Shown here one piece after another: positions 1-12,479 of a DNA stretch of 64,000 bases. The DNA is from Raillietiella orientalis (Eukaryota). The notes under the pieces are model-generated. The model was not told where the DNA came from. It worked only from the letters and a program-made list of their open reading frames with translations, and made no database searches. The stretch is from the NCBI GenBank assembly GCA_036172245.1, contig JAYWIR010000006.1:434001-498000 (forward strand), read 5' to 3'. How positions within the stretch are numbered: the stretch's first letter is position 1; each line of letters starts with the position of its first letter. A program made the position numbers and the translations under genes.

Positions 1-1013
1 GAAGGTCATTGACGCAAATGCATCCAATTTGGGAAAAAAAACACGGGGAAAAATGGTCCTTGGGATGAGAGGAAGAACAGTTCGAGCTTTTCCTTCCTTC
101 TGGGTGGTTGCCATGAAAGTTCCTTAAAACTCACCTTTGGAAGAATCGCTTCAAGCACAGACTCGCTGCTGCTTAAGTCTCTCACGGGAGTTGAGAGTTG
201 TGCGTAGTGACCGGAGTGCATTCTTGGAACAAGCCTCCAAATATGTGAAAGTCAGGATAATTTGCTCTTCGATGATCGCATTTTCTTTAAAGCTCCATGC
301 CTTCGGGTCTCATCTCTCGCTGCTTTAATTGGGGAGCTTACGTCCAAGTCCAATAACCTCAGCGTTGCGTTGCCGGCTTGAACTCTTCCGCTCAATCAGC
401 GTTGTCGACTTTCGAAAGCATTCGGCGAGCCCTAACCACAAAGGAAGTGGATAGCTGGTTGGGAATCTGCACTGGTCTCTTTGCATCGCACGGTGAAACT
501 GGATCCAAGAGTTGAAGATGCAATCATTCTCCGAATTGCTTTTCCTGCAGGATTTATCTCTGCTTGCACGAGGAATGGCTAGTGCGATGCTATAGATCAC
601 CAGGAACCGAGCAGAGAAATAGACAAAGAATAAGGACAGAAAATCTTCAACCTTGCATGCGAATACAAACAATGATGCAAAGGAGAAGTCAACATCGCAC
701 ACTATCAAAAGGCATCGTTTGCTAGGGAATGAGTGCGCAAAAGGGGTACGAATTGCTGTTCGAGGATGAACAAGTGGTGATGTCCGTGGTGTTTCGCCGA
801 GTCGATTAGGTCCGAATTCTCTATCCCCCCCTGAAAAATGTCTTGTCGACGGAAATGTCTTGAAACTTCCTTCTAGCTGCTTTCCTTTTGTCTTGACGCG
901 GTCCGTTCTGCTCACCCATGCAATCGATGAGAGCAGAACCGCGTGCTTCGCTTAAGAAAACCTTTTTGCGAATTGAGGAACAGTACTGCACAACTCTGTT
1001 GTTTGTGTTGAAG

Positions 1014-3229
1014 GGTCTGGAAGAACATGACCTTGGATGAAAAGCTGAGCTCTGTGGAAAGGTCTATGTTCTCGGTATGGGATTATCCCCTGTCCAACAA
1101 GTTCATCAAAATATGGCAACAGATGCAGAAGATCAAATTGCCAAGCACGCTGGAAGAAGGGGTGGAACGCGTGAGGCAGACAGTCTCGGTGACCAACGGA
1201 TTCGCCTTCATCGGTAAGCTGGCATGCCTGAAAGGTTGCGAGAGTGCCCAGAATCTCTGCTCGAATCTCAGTTGCGGAAGGTGATGCCGGATTGTGCGCA
1301 GGGTCTCGCCTGTTCCCCCCATCAAAGTAGTGTTGGCGCAGATTTCTTCCGTGAGGAAGTTAAGAACTCGCTTGTCCTTCTGATGTTTCTTTCTTAAACA
1401 TTCGAGCTTAGCCATTGAGCCGCGACTCAGCCCACAAACGTCGCTTCCCGACTATGGGGCTCTGATAACGGGGGACGATTCTCAAATATGCTCATGCAAT
1501 CACTTTACAGCTGACTCATCTTTGGTCAACTACATCTCCAGGAAAGATTGCGTGTTTGAGGTGGTGGGAGAAGAGTTCAGCAAGAAGCCTTACGCTATCG
1601 CTGTGCAGCAGGATTCACCGCTGAGGGACGAACTAAACCAGCTGTGAGAATTTTTTTTTTTTTGTTTCACTCTCTCTCTCACGGATCTCTTCGTCTTTTC
1701 TTTTCGAAAAAATCAGGAGTGTTTCTCTTAGTAACATCTCTCACGACAGTGACATATTCGAGATCGAAATAACGAAAAACGTGATTCGATCTCTTGGTTA
1801 CGGAAATCTCGTGCATGCTCCTTTCCGCAGCCCGAAGGTCCATCACGAAGGACAGAAAAAAGCAAGCAGCTTCTAGCATCCACAAAATTTAGAGTTTATC
1901 CTTTCTCCTCCGCGAATTGTCCGCGTCCTCCGCGATTGTGGAGAGCACTGTAAGATGTAAAATCTTCGGAGAATCAGGCACAAATTACCACATCTGGTAT
2001 TGCGGAAGAGCAGCAGAATGGTGATCCTGGACGCAGCTCACCCCTTTGAGAATGACTCCTTCGGCATCGCCAGGAATGAAAAAGTACCCGGGTACCAAGG
2101 CGTAGCCAACCCATTGATCCAGGAAAACGCCCATGCAAAGGCCATCATTATTGGGCCTTTGGGAACTTGGGACCCCAGCAAGCTCGTGGTTGGACCTTGC
2201 ATCCGCTACACTCGCGACAGTTACAAAACACACACACCAACAATATATCGACAACGAAAACTGTCGATATATTGTTGGTGTGTGTGTTTCATCAATGTTC
2301 AGTTTCATCTAGGGGATGCGTTTTAGGGGCAGTTGGAACATTTCCCGTCCTTTTCCTGTTGGTCCTGTTCATTACTCCTCACAAACCTCACAAATTCCGA
2401 GGAAACCACAACCATTCCGAGCAACTGAAGAAAGAAACATTTGCACATCTTATCCGCAACTGTGGTCGGAAAGACGACCAGAGCAACTACACTCTCTCAC
2501 CCGTGGACACTGCATCCGGGCTGGGAACCGAAAAAGCATGGTTGCTACCGGCGGGATGAACACGCAGTCTTCGTCTGATGCCTGTTCCTCCAGAAAGCGG
2601 ACCGGGGGCACCGACCTGTGGAACTTGTGGATTTCCCATTCGGATTCCCGGACTTATCAAATGTGCCTTTGATAGGCGCGACTGCTCACTCCTCCTTCCA
2701 CGGATTTCCGTTGCCGAAAAGCAGCCCGAGGGCTTTTGCCTCCGGGCTTCATGAACGCGGGATTTCCTCGGAGCACTGTCGCTAATGTCGCACAAGCACT
2801 CTCGTGAATGGATGGTCTACACCATCGCTTCATCCGCCTTGCGTGCTGATCGGGTGGTTCACCGCCACCAGCATCACCACACCACGTCTCATACTCTTTT
2901 CCGGATACTGAAGGATTCTCATTCTGATGAATAACAAAACGCTGGAGCGTCTCAAGATAAAGTGGCAGATGTTCGGAGAACAAGACTGCAATAACTTTAG
3001 TGACCAGTCCATCAGCATCAGGAATATCGGTGAGGGCGGGCGATCCTTCAAGATTCTAGAACGTCCAGGTCTCGCAGGTGGGGTGTTCTTGATCGTCATC
3101 ATGGGCCTGATGCTGTCCATCCTTGTCCTCCTGTACGAGTACTACAACTACACCTCGAAGAAGGCTCTGAAGCAGGCGGCAAATGCCAGGAAGAATCTGG
3201 ATCCTCTGTTCTTCAGGGTGGCCAAATAG
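1014..3229 (+). CDS. Ionotropic receptor, IR25a-like (3' exons: S2 ligand-binding lobe, M4, C-tail); 5' exons not found in window
   Basis: Exons 1014-1213, 1511-1643, 2914-3029, 3078-3229 with GT-AG junctions join in frame: VWKNMTLDEKLSSVERSMFSVWDYPLSNKFIKIWQQMQ...GFAFIADSSLVNYISRKDCVFEVVGEEFSKKPYAIAVQQDSPLRDELNQLILILMNNKTLERLKIKW...SISIRNIGGVFLIVIMG. Resembles the IR25a pattern (VWDYP insertion, VVGEEFSxKPYAIAVQQ, ISIxNIGGVF). Stop at 3227-3229 is tentative. Confidence 0.88.
1985..2200 (+). mobile_element. Fragment of a restriction-like endonuclease (RLE) domain from a NeSL/Utopia-type non-LTR retrotransposon, inside an IR intron
   Basis: Translation LPHLVLRKSSRMVILDAAHPFENDSFGIARNEKVPGYQGVA...IIIGPLGTWDP fits the PD-(x)n-D..PFEN..AR..K..KY...IVGALGxWDP pattern of NeSL/Utopia C-termini. 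Confidence 0.7.
2226..2289. repeat. Perfect 28-bp inverted repeat with 8-nt loop
   Basis: 2226-2253 AAACACACACACCAACAATATATCGACA is the exact reverse complement of 2262-2289; loop ACGAAAAC. Confidence 0.95.
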
Positions 3230-4199
3230 ATTCTTCATGAGAGAAATGCTCGCACCCCCTGCAGAACCCCGTTTTCAAGCCCCGTAGCTATCTTGGACTC
3301 ACGTCCTCGCAACGCCAGAACATTACCCTGGTCCAGAAGGAATAAAGATCCATTTGTCAGATGTTTTTTCTAGAAGCTTTCGGAACGGGAAGGCGAGCCA
3401 CGAACCTCAAGGCTCGCGGCTCGCCTTCATGGCGCCTTCACGTTCTTCTCTGTTCGTCGAGAGAAGCGACTATGGTTGCCGAGCAAGAGACATCGCCGCC
3501 AGCCGTTCACTTCAAGGCATTCACTTCAGCCGTTCCAGCTGCGCAACGCACTGCTTCTGGCCTTCTGCTTTTTCCATGCGACTCGAGAGGCAATTTATCC
3601 TCCAAAGCCATCTCGTTCGGAGTGCTTTTTCATTCTCCTGATACACAACCTGGATCTCTCTTGTTTCTTGTCCTAGGGATTCCAGCAAAGAAAATATCAA
3701 TATGATTGGCTGGACGTGAAATACTTTCTGCCATACATATCGAGTTTTGTTATGGATTTCTTTGCTGGAGGTATTTTCTACCTCCAGACTGAATGCCTGT
3801 CAGCATAACGGATGCTTCATCATGCACACTGACGATACGAAGCAAGTATCTAACTAAGGCATCCGACACGATGTAGCGCACAGATGCTGTACCACTGAGT
3901 AATGAAACTGGATGCAGAGAGGAAAGACACAAGCGAGGTCTGCTAGGTGAGATGGACCTTTGGAGACCCAAAATTGGAGCAATGCTGAACAGGCACATAA
4001 GGAAGAAGGTCTCTTAGGTCGGATGCTAGCTGATATGCAGCTTTTCCTCGGGTTAGTCAATGCATGGGAAGCTGGCTTTGAGCGCTTTCCATGTGCTACG
4101 TGAGATTACGAGATGACGTAATCATAGATGGCGTTTTTTTTTTTTGAACGAAATTTCAATTTCGTTTCCATCTTTCACAAGATCTAGATGCCTGCGGTT

Positions 4200-7100
4200 C
4201 AGTTCATCAGTCAGGTAAGAAGTTGTCATGTCAATTTTCACCAACTAAAACCAGGGACCATACCTTGGAACCTGGTCACCTGCACTCTGGACACCATCCA
4301 CAGTAAGGAAGCATAGATTCCACCATTCAAAAAACATCTATTCCAAGGAAAAGATATCTCCTGCTTGGTTCAGCAAGCAAAATATATCCCTTCCTTGGTA
4401 AAGATGCTTTCTGTTGTAGCTGCAGAAAAACGTGGAGAAGGCGGTGTCTTGAACATCCTGGAATAGACTCAATATCGACTACCGGATTCGGATGTGCATC
4501 CTTGTCCAGTCTGTTGTGGCGAAAATGCAGTGACCTCTGAGAATCTTCTATCAGAGCAGTATTCGATCCAAGGCGAAGGAAAGTTGCGAAGGAAAGTTCA
4601 GAAGATTGGCTTTCCATTTCGCCGATGAAGAATTGCCAGAATCCGTCAAGGACAATCGTCGTAGGATCTTGGGGATCACGAACTCAGGAAGTAGCAAGGG
4701 AACTTTTGATGCCTAATTGATGGATAGAAAATGGATAGATTTCCTTTTCCTTCCTTCAATCGGGCATTTATAGTAGTTCTCCAGCACCCTCTGCTCTACG
4801 GGAATCAACTGAGGGAGCAGGTTGGATGCTGTTGATCCCTGGACGGGATACCTAACCCTTGCGAGAGCACAACCCCGAGCGGAGGATGAAATGGGAAGCA
4901 AAGCACAGCCAGACAGTGAAGATGGTGACAATCTCAAAGAGTTCTGGTGAAGCCCGATGCATCATGTGATCGGAAATCAATGGACAAGCTTATGATCTCG
5001 TGATGCACCGGATTTATGCCCCTGAGGGGGATTGAACTGCGTACTCTCGTACCCTCGTGCAATTCATAACACCTTGTCCCAGAAAAACTTGCATATAGTA
5101 GATCCCCATAGATCTTGAGGCAAACAATCGTCATCATCCATGCAACAAATCCACACATTTGCCTGTCTAGTATGGAGAACTGAATTCCTTTCTCAGAGCA
5201 GACGCAGTAGTTTACTCCTCTACGAAAGAGAGTCAGTTCAGCAAGACGGTGAAAGAGTCCTTTACACACTTCCTTACACCGCCTTGATGAACACAACCCA
5301 AATTCTGTTCCTACCCTGGCGGAAGGATACGAGGATCCCTCAAGGTGGAGCAAGGAATAATTTCTTATATCGCTCCTTACACCAGCATAAAACTTCCATA
5401 TTCCTGTTGCTTCTTCGAAACCTCCCCGAAAAAGAGGGTAACTCACCCCGATGAGTTCATTGAATTTGATCAAGCTTCAAGGAGATTTATCCTCTCGAGG
5501 CCAAATAAATTTGGGCAATGTATTTGGCAATTTGGGCACACGTTAGCCATACCTCCTTAACGTCTAGCTGCACTTCAAACTACGGAATATCTCTCCTAAG
5601 GACAGTGTAGACCTTATCTCTGAATATAAGGCAGGAACTTGCTCTAGAGGCGGAGGACACGGAACGGGAACCAAAGTTCCTCCTGGGCATCGCTTCCCGG
5701 ACACGCTGAACCAGTCTACACCTCGTAATGGTGATCATTCACTGAACCGTAGTCGAGTGAATGATAGTGTACGCCTCATTCGCCTCATAAGGTGGCCCTT
5801 ATATACCATTTCAAAGAAGGTATCCTCAAGAAATTAGTAAAGCATTGTATGCCCAGAGCCCTGAATACTGAGCTGGCAGCTCTCTGTCTAGACTGAAGGT
5901 CACCGTCTGTCTAGCAATGCTTGCCTTCAGCTCGTCCAACAGACAAGTTGTCGGCTGCCATCAGCTGCGGTGCGAAATTGAAATGCAAAAATGATGGAAA
6001 CAGTGGAAAGGGTGGACTGGAGCTCTCAGACTTCGCGTGGTTACCTTACTATTAGGACGGAGGCGAAGAACGGAAGGAAGCTGCAAACCGACCCAAACGA
6101 CAGATCCTCCATCCAGAAGCTCCACAAAATGAACAAGAAGAGAAGGGCAGTCCGTGTCATCATGAGCCAACAAGACCATACATGCAAACCACCATGAATT
6201 ACTTATGAATGTGCAAATTACTTATGAAATAATTTGTAAAGAGAAATGTAATTTATTAACAAAATATGCTTATTAAAAATTATTAAATGTTCATAATTTT
6301 CAGCGATGTCCTAAATGGCACCACGTAACCATTTATGCACAAAATCGTGACGTTACCGTTCTAGAGTTAAGGCCGCGGTGGATGTAACGAAGCGGACCCT
6401 TGTGTCAATCAATCAGAAGGCTCCAGAGAATCACGACCCAACCTGATACTACAGAAGAGTAACCGCATAATAGTGCTGGACGTCTGTTGCCCGCTAGAGG
6501 GTGGAGGAGAAGCGACCAGCGCAGCCAGAAAAGCAAGACGGAGAAATACAAAGAAATGGCCCTCCAGATGAACAAGAAAGGGAAGCGCTGCAAAGCGCAT
6601 GCTGCCATCGTCGGTTCACTAGGAGCCCGGAATCCAGAAAATGGAGAGGTGCTGTAAGATCTTGGAGTCCTTAGGAAGCACTTGGAGAAGATTAGTCACC
6701 GTATAATGACCTCTTGCATCCCGATACTCTAGGGACATCTAAGTGACGCACATCTCAGGAAGAATGCCAAAAGAGACCGAAACTGATTTGTGACCTTCTC
6801 GCAAGACCAGCAAGCTGCTCTAGCAAGAAGTGCGCATTAGTGGACAGGATGCTGAAAACGCACCAGAATAAGGGGCAACAAGTGCCCCAGATAGAAAGTT
6901 GACGAAACCCGGAAGAATATGAAGAGTCCACCCACCCCTATAATGCCCTAGGAAACTGCATCCTTGAACGAGAGAGAATTTGCAATCTGCACAGGTAGTT
7001 CATGCTGGAAGGAAAGTGGCCGGAGTTCCAGTGCAATCCAATGCATCATGTGATCACATCACGTGATCAGGATGTCCGTCGATTATGGATCAACATGCCC

Positions 7101-9400
7101 CACTCTGTCGGGCAAAGGCAATCAACTTGTGAGGAGTTCAGGCGAGTCGGGATCAAAATTCGAGATCTTTGTGGGCTTCTGGAGATGACAAACTGCGAGA
7201 GCTGCATCTGAGCATCGTAAACGCCAATCTTCCAGACAGAGTGGTGATATGGGAATATATGCAGAGGATGCATGTAGAAACCAGCGAAGATCAGTCGCCG
7301 GAGGCTCTATTCAGGAGCAGCTGTGTACTGGAGAAAGTGACAGTAATCGTATCCGGACAGAGTAATGATACAATTGGTAGGAAGAATTTCTTAACAGTCC
7401 TGCAGCGTGGAGGCAACCACGACTGCTAGCCGCTTGGATAGTGCTACCTCAACCAAGCTCCACATCCTAGAAGAAGGCAAGAAATTGAAAGTAGCTGAGG
7501 TGTAGTCAAAAAATCGTAAATGCCACGCACCTCTTAGCGAGGTGAATATAAAATGAGCTCTAATGATGTCCAATTTGTCCAAAGTCTTAAGGCTGCATTC
7601 GGGAAAACTCTTCAATACTTGGAAACTTCCAGATGTTGTTTCTTCGGTTCACTACGAACTGCCGTCGTTGTGAGAGCCTCTGCGACGGATTTCAGCCTTC
7701 TGTGCAGCATGGGAATATGTAAGGATGCTGGATTTAGAGAAAAACTGTACTTGTGTCAGCTTGCAGGACAAACTGAGGAACAAGACGTTCGAAGCAGATG
7801 GAAAACGTAGATGAGCTTCCATCGTGCTGATGCAGAGCAAAGTTTCCTGCAGAGTGTCCTCTACAACAGAAGATGAAAGGACGCCCCCTACATGCACTCA
7901 TGACAGAGGCTGGCAAGGGTTTGCCCACCTAGCTCATCGGATAGCCTTCCAGGATTCTCTGATGGTAATCCTAGGAGGAATGCCAAGGAGCACTCCGTCT
8001 GCTCCTGCGAAGACAATGACATTGCTATTCAAGGGGCAAAAATCCGATGTTTCTAGTCTTGTTCACTCTCCAGGAAGTATGCAAACTTATGGCTCTATCC
8101 AATTATGCCCCAAGAGCCTGAGGGTACGTCCCGAAATACACCTCCCTCTGCTCGACATCCTCATTGCCTAATAAGAAAGCAGGACTTGGAGAACCCCAGA
8201 CATTGGTCGAGATCCGGGTATGATGTAAGCGCGGACAAAATCTTCGAAAATTGTTCATGTGATTCACGGCCTCTGATCGCTGCGGCCTTCAAATTTTAAC
8301 ATCCAGATGCTGTGTCTACCTGCTCTTCGATTCCTCAAAGTGCTGAATTTCTGTTCGAAGTTCGTTGCTAGTTGGACCGCAGCTCCATGTGCAGTCGCTG
8401 CTGAGTGAGAAAAGATCCTGCTCACTAACAGATTTTCCTCTAAAAACGCTAAGGTCCTCATCGCCAGATAAGTCCGATAACCGCGGAAACAGGACCTCCT
8501 TATCAGATTCCTTCCTTTGAGATCTTGGGAAATACCAGGTTAACTTCCTGCTCTTTCGGCAGCGACTAGCGCACTCGATAGCAGAGAATCACACAAATGG
8601 CAGTTCCGAAGACCATTTGTGTGAAGATGAAATGACCACGCTCTCTTGCCACTGAAACCTTCGTCTTGTATACAGCAGCAACATTGAGAAAGCTCTCTGC
8701 GATCTTCTGAAACAAAAATGGCGTCGCTGTTTATGACCTCTCCTCGCTTCACCGTCATGGAACACAGCAGAGTATTCGCTTTCTCATTGGACTTATTAGG
8801 ACACTGAAAAGAAGTCGAAAATCCTTTTGATCTCTCACTGAAGAATGACTCGCCTTGGCAGTTGGCAGAGTCCTCAGCTGATGGAGCCCATGGTGCCCCC
8901 ATAATTAACAAAGAAGGCCTTACTCGACTCCTTTGTTGATCCATTAGGGATTTTTCGTTTTGGCCATGTGGGGGCATCGGAAACATGCAATTTCGCGAGT
9001 CCTCCCACGAACTTGGATTTTCCTTTCGGCTATTTGCTGGGTCTTATTTGTAGAGGTCGCTGCCGTTTCTTGATCCTCGATGGGGGCTCCTGTACGGCGC
9101 GGGATTTCTGGGGTTCCATAGATGATAAGATGGATTCACAGACCCGGGTCTATGCTGCCCAAGGGTATATATAACCCCACCCTTAGCTACAAGGTAAATC
9201 AGAGTAGATCGTGGATATGGAGTTCGTGAAGGAGCTTTAACGACTCCTCGAGCTGAGGATGCTCGGTGGCGGTAAAGAGGTGGAGCCACGCTGCACCAAA
9301 GTAGTGTCGGCCCGTCTCCTACTCAGGTTTCCAGTTCATGTGATGAAGAGGAAGGTGTTCCCTGCCCCTGAGGACAAATAGACAATGATCCATTGAGAGG
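4200..9400 (-). mobile_element. Heavily decayed non-LTR retrotransposon (ORF1 zinc-knuckle remnant, APE-like endonuclease remnant, ORF2 debris)
   Basis: Minus strand: ACFRC knuckle remnant near 8980, LAFLEE..HGAAVQL near 8300-8460 and TY....LDR near 8100, in the order expected for ORF1 then APE. Many stops and frameshifts; RT motifs not clearly readable. Confidence 0.4.
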
Positions 9401-9439
9401 GACCACTGTCGACACGTATAAGGACGCAACAGTGGCCGA

Positions 9440-10850
9440 ATCATCAAAGTTCGGCACTGTTTATGCAGCAGGGCGCCGCATGGCGCCATGCTGCCCCTTT
9501 AAAGCGCTGAGTGGACTGGCCCAGTGCGTGTAGCCGTGATGAGTAGGTGAGCAACACATTGATGACGGAATGGTTCGCGACTTGCACGTGTCCGAACTCA
9601 GTGCAGCCGCGCGTAGGAAAAGGCATCGACTGCAAGCGGCATATCCTTGGGGCCAGAAGGCGCGCAGGAGGTACAGCCGCCTGAGGCGGAAAAGGCGAGC
9701 TCACAGCGAACGGAAAGCCAGAAGCTCCCCTGAAAGTACGGCGGAAAGAAGGGGAAAGAGGGTCCCCGATGGTCGAGGCGAACACCAGAATGAGAAGCCC
9801 GCAGGCTGCAGAAAGGGAGGCGATCGAGACCGCACCACTTCCTCGGAGCTGACACTCCCGAAGAAGAAGAGGAACCTCCCTCCAAAATCCATCCCGGGCT
9901 TGGGAGCCGTGAACGGCCATGTTCCACGCCGAAGAGGACTGCGACTGCGCGAGCGAAAGCCAGCAGACTGCGCTCCAGAGCTCTCAGGAGGGAAGCATCC
10001 CACAGTGAAGAAATGCCAGGAAGAGTACGTTCTTCTGTGTCCCGGGAAGGAAGGGGGATGGGAACAACGGTGCATGGTCCCCCCCCCTCCTGAATTTTCG
10101 GGCGACGAGGAGGCAGGGGCTCCTGGTAAAACGACGGGCCACACGGCCAAGAGCTCCACAGTCAAGCCAGCTTCGCATGTGGCCCCAGGGACATCCACCT
10201 CGTGAAAAGGCAGGAATAACGGAATGGCCATATGGCCATCCCAGGAATAACGGATCCTCAAAGGTCTCCTGCGCCGATCTGGAGCTCCTTTCCAAGACGC
10301 TGGGAAGGTTCGGCTTTCCAGCCAGCTTCCTCAGCTGCCGTTGCTCCTGCCGCTGCACAATGCAGAAATCTCGTTTTTTTTCAGTGCTGCTGGCCTTCCG
10401 CCGATGGCACGAAGGCTAGCAGACGGGGAAGTAGACAGCTCCAGCTCGACGCTCTTCGGCCTGTTCCTGGAACCCGTGCCGAACGCGCACCGGCACTTTC
10501 CAGCCTGTCTCCCGTCCGACTCCGATGGCACCCCTGCTATGGCGGCCTGCCTGACGAGGCGCGCCTACCGGACCCCAGCAAAGAAGCTCTCGAGGCTCTC
10601 TTCGTGTTTATTCACAGAGACACCGGCTTCCAGGTGGACAGGCGGAAATCGAAACTCGTGACGTTTGGCACAGCGACGGACACGGACTGGTCTTCCTTCG
10701 GAATTCTCGGGTGTGGAAGTTCCATGAAAATTCCATCCTGTGTTCCCGAACTTGAGGGTACTCATGGGTTCGTTCTCTCCAAGAGAAGTGCGGTCCGCCT
10801 TGCTCCGCGCAACGTGACCTGTCAGGTCATGACGGCTCATAGAGTCGAAT
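9440..10850 (-). mobile_element. Decayed ORF1 (gag-like) region and possible ORF2 start of a non-LTR element
   Basis: GC-rich broken ORFs with an IRYS...GH knuckle-like remnant near 10180-10260 and an RSRSRSP low-complexity tail; sits directly downstream of another element's T-rich 3' end. Confidence 0.35.
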
Positions 10851-10899
10851 AATTCTTTACGGGATGCCGACGGGGTCCGTAAAGGGAACGGAAGGGAAT

Positions 10900-12200
10900 A
10901 GAGAAAGAAAAAAAGATACAAAAAAAAAAAAAAAGAACAGGAACTGTTCCTGTGGGCGGGAGGATGGGGGGAGGGAAGGGGATTTCTGCTGGTTTTGTTG
11001 GATCCTCTGCATCCTATTCACGATGCAGAGGACCTAACAAGCTCCTCCTGATGCTTTTTCAGGTGGATCCATCTCTACAAGATCTGCAGAAACCGTGTTG
11101 CGAAGAGAGTGGTTTCCCAGTTGTTGCATCCCCTCTTGCAGCGGCGAAGACTCGCAGACAGCATAGCAGAGAGCTGCGATTGATGGCTCCAGGCGGCATG
11201 GCAATCCGCACGATGAGGGTCATCAAAGGGACACTAGGGTTGTCCCCTGAGATGGGGAGGGCCGTAGGGAAACGTTCTCACAATGTTCGGAAGGCAACAC
11301 GGTGCATTAGCAAGTGCCAGAAGGATTCAGTATCCCCGTCCTTGGCACAGTTAGGCGCGGCACTTGCCTCCGTTGAGAGTTGCCACTGCTGGCTGCACGG
11401 GAAGTCCTAGCGCGCGAACAGCAAATCTTCATTGTGCCACCACCTGGGGGTAGCACGGAGCTGCCCAAACAAAGTGAGGGGATCACGATTTCCAAAGTAG
11501 AGATCTCCAGACATTCCATCCCAGAAGAGCAGTTCTTCAGCACAGAACTGTGTGGGGGATTGCTTAAGCCAACTAGCATGTCTTCCACCGGCTCACCAGT
11601 TTCGTCTCTCCGGCTGCGGAGCACGAGATGATCCACCCTGCCGGTTGGCAAACGCCGTTTCTCTTCCATAGAGAGCACAGACTTGCGTCTAGGACCCACT
11701 TCTCTTTCTGGTCCCTTTCTATCTCCTTCAGGGAGACTGCTCTCAGATTGTAGATGGAACGTATCTCAACTCTTTGTCAGTACATGATGCAGATATCCTG
11801 GTGCCCACCATTTCCTTCTGACAAGTGTTGTGATTTGCGGAGCAGCAGGAGATCCATTGATGTTCTTCCCTCAGGGCAGTGATCTGCCTCAATGGGAAAC
11901 CCAAGCGCTTTCATGCGGTATCGGTTGCGAGGTAGCAACGACACCATGTCCTCACTCCTCGGGATTTCTCGCTGCCAATACCACATCCAGTTCTCGCCCA
12001 TCAAGACCATCATCCTAAACTGGAGCGTTTTCTTCTTGTACGTCAGGATTATGAGTCCTGCATCCTTTCGTGGCACAACAAGGTCTTCGAGGCGAACCTT
12101 CAGTCTTGAGGAGTTACATAGTGCTTTCCGCAGTAGACTGTCCGTCTTATACCTCACCTTGTATGATCAGTTTCAGCATGGGGAAAAATCCACGTCTCGA
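10900..12200 (-). mobile_element. 3' part of an L1/Tx1-like non-LTR retrotransposon (post-RT region, CCHC finger, T-rich tail)
   Basis: Minus strand RMKALGFP (KxLG thumb-like) near 11900 and APNCAKDGDTESFWHLLMHRVAFRTL near 11290-11360, homologous to PNCIRCGE..HLLMDCVALSLL near 48130; T-rich tail at 10900-10935 (A-rich on +). Confidence 0.6.
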
Positions 12201-12479
12201 ACGAAGTCGAGTACGCCTGCCTCTGGAAATAAACGCACGCTCGACAGTCCCTGCTGGAAATCGTGTCCAACCCACGCTAACTGCTGTGGGTCTCATTCAC
12301 CCCCTTGCCCCAGTGCTTCACTCTGAAAAACGCTAGGGAGAGCGACCTCCCGGCAAGATGGGAAGTATCCTGCCGTATTAAAGGAATAAACTTTTTAACG
12401 CGTAGAGAACGCGGTAGCTAGCGGACGTTGCTTCTCCGAGTGTTCCGCTGAAAGGACTTGTACGCAGGGGCGAGCTGCT

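Noticed and set aside
325..915. 196-aa minus-strand ORF
   Set aside because: No recognisable motif; lies antisense within a presumed IR intron.
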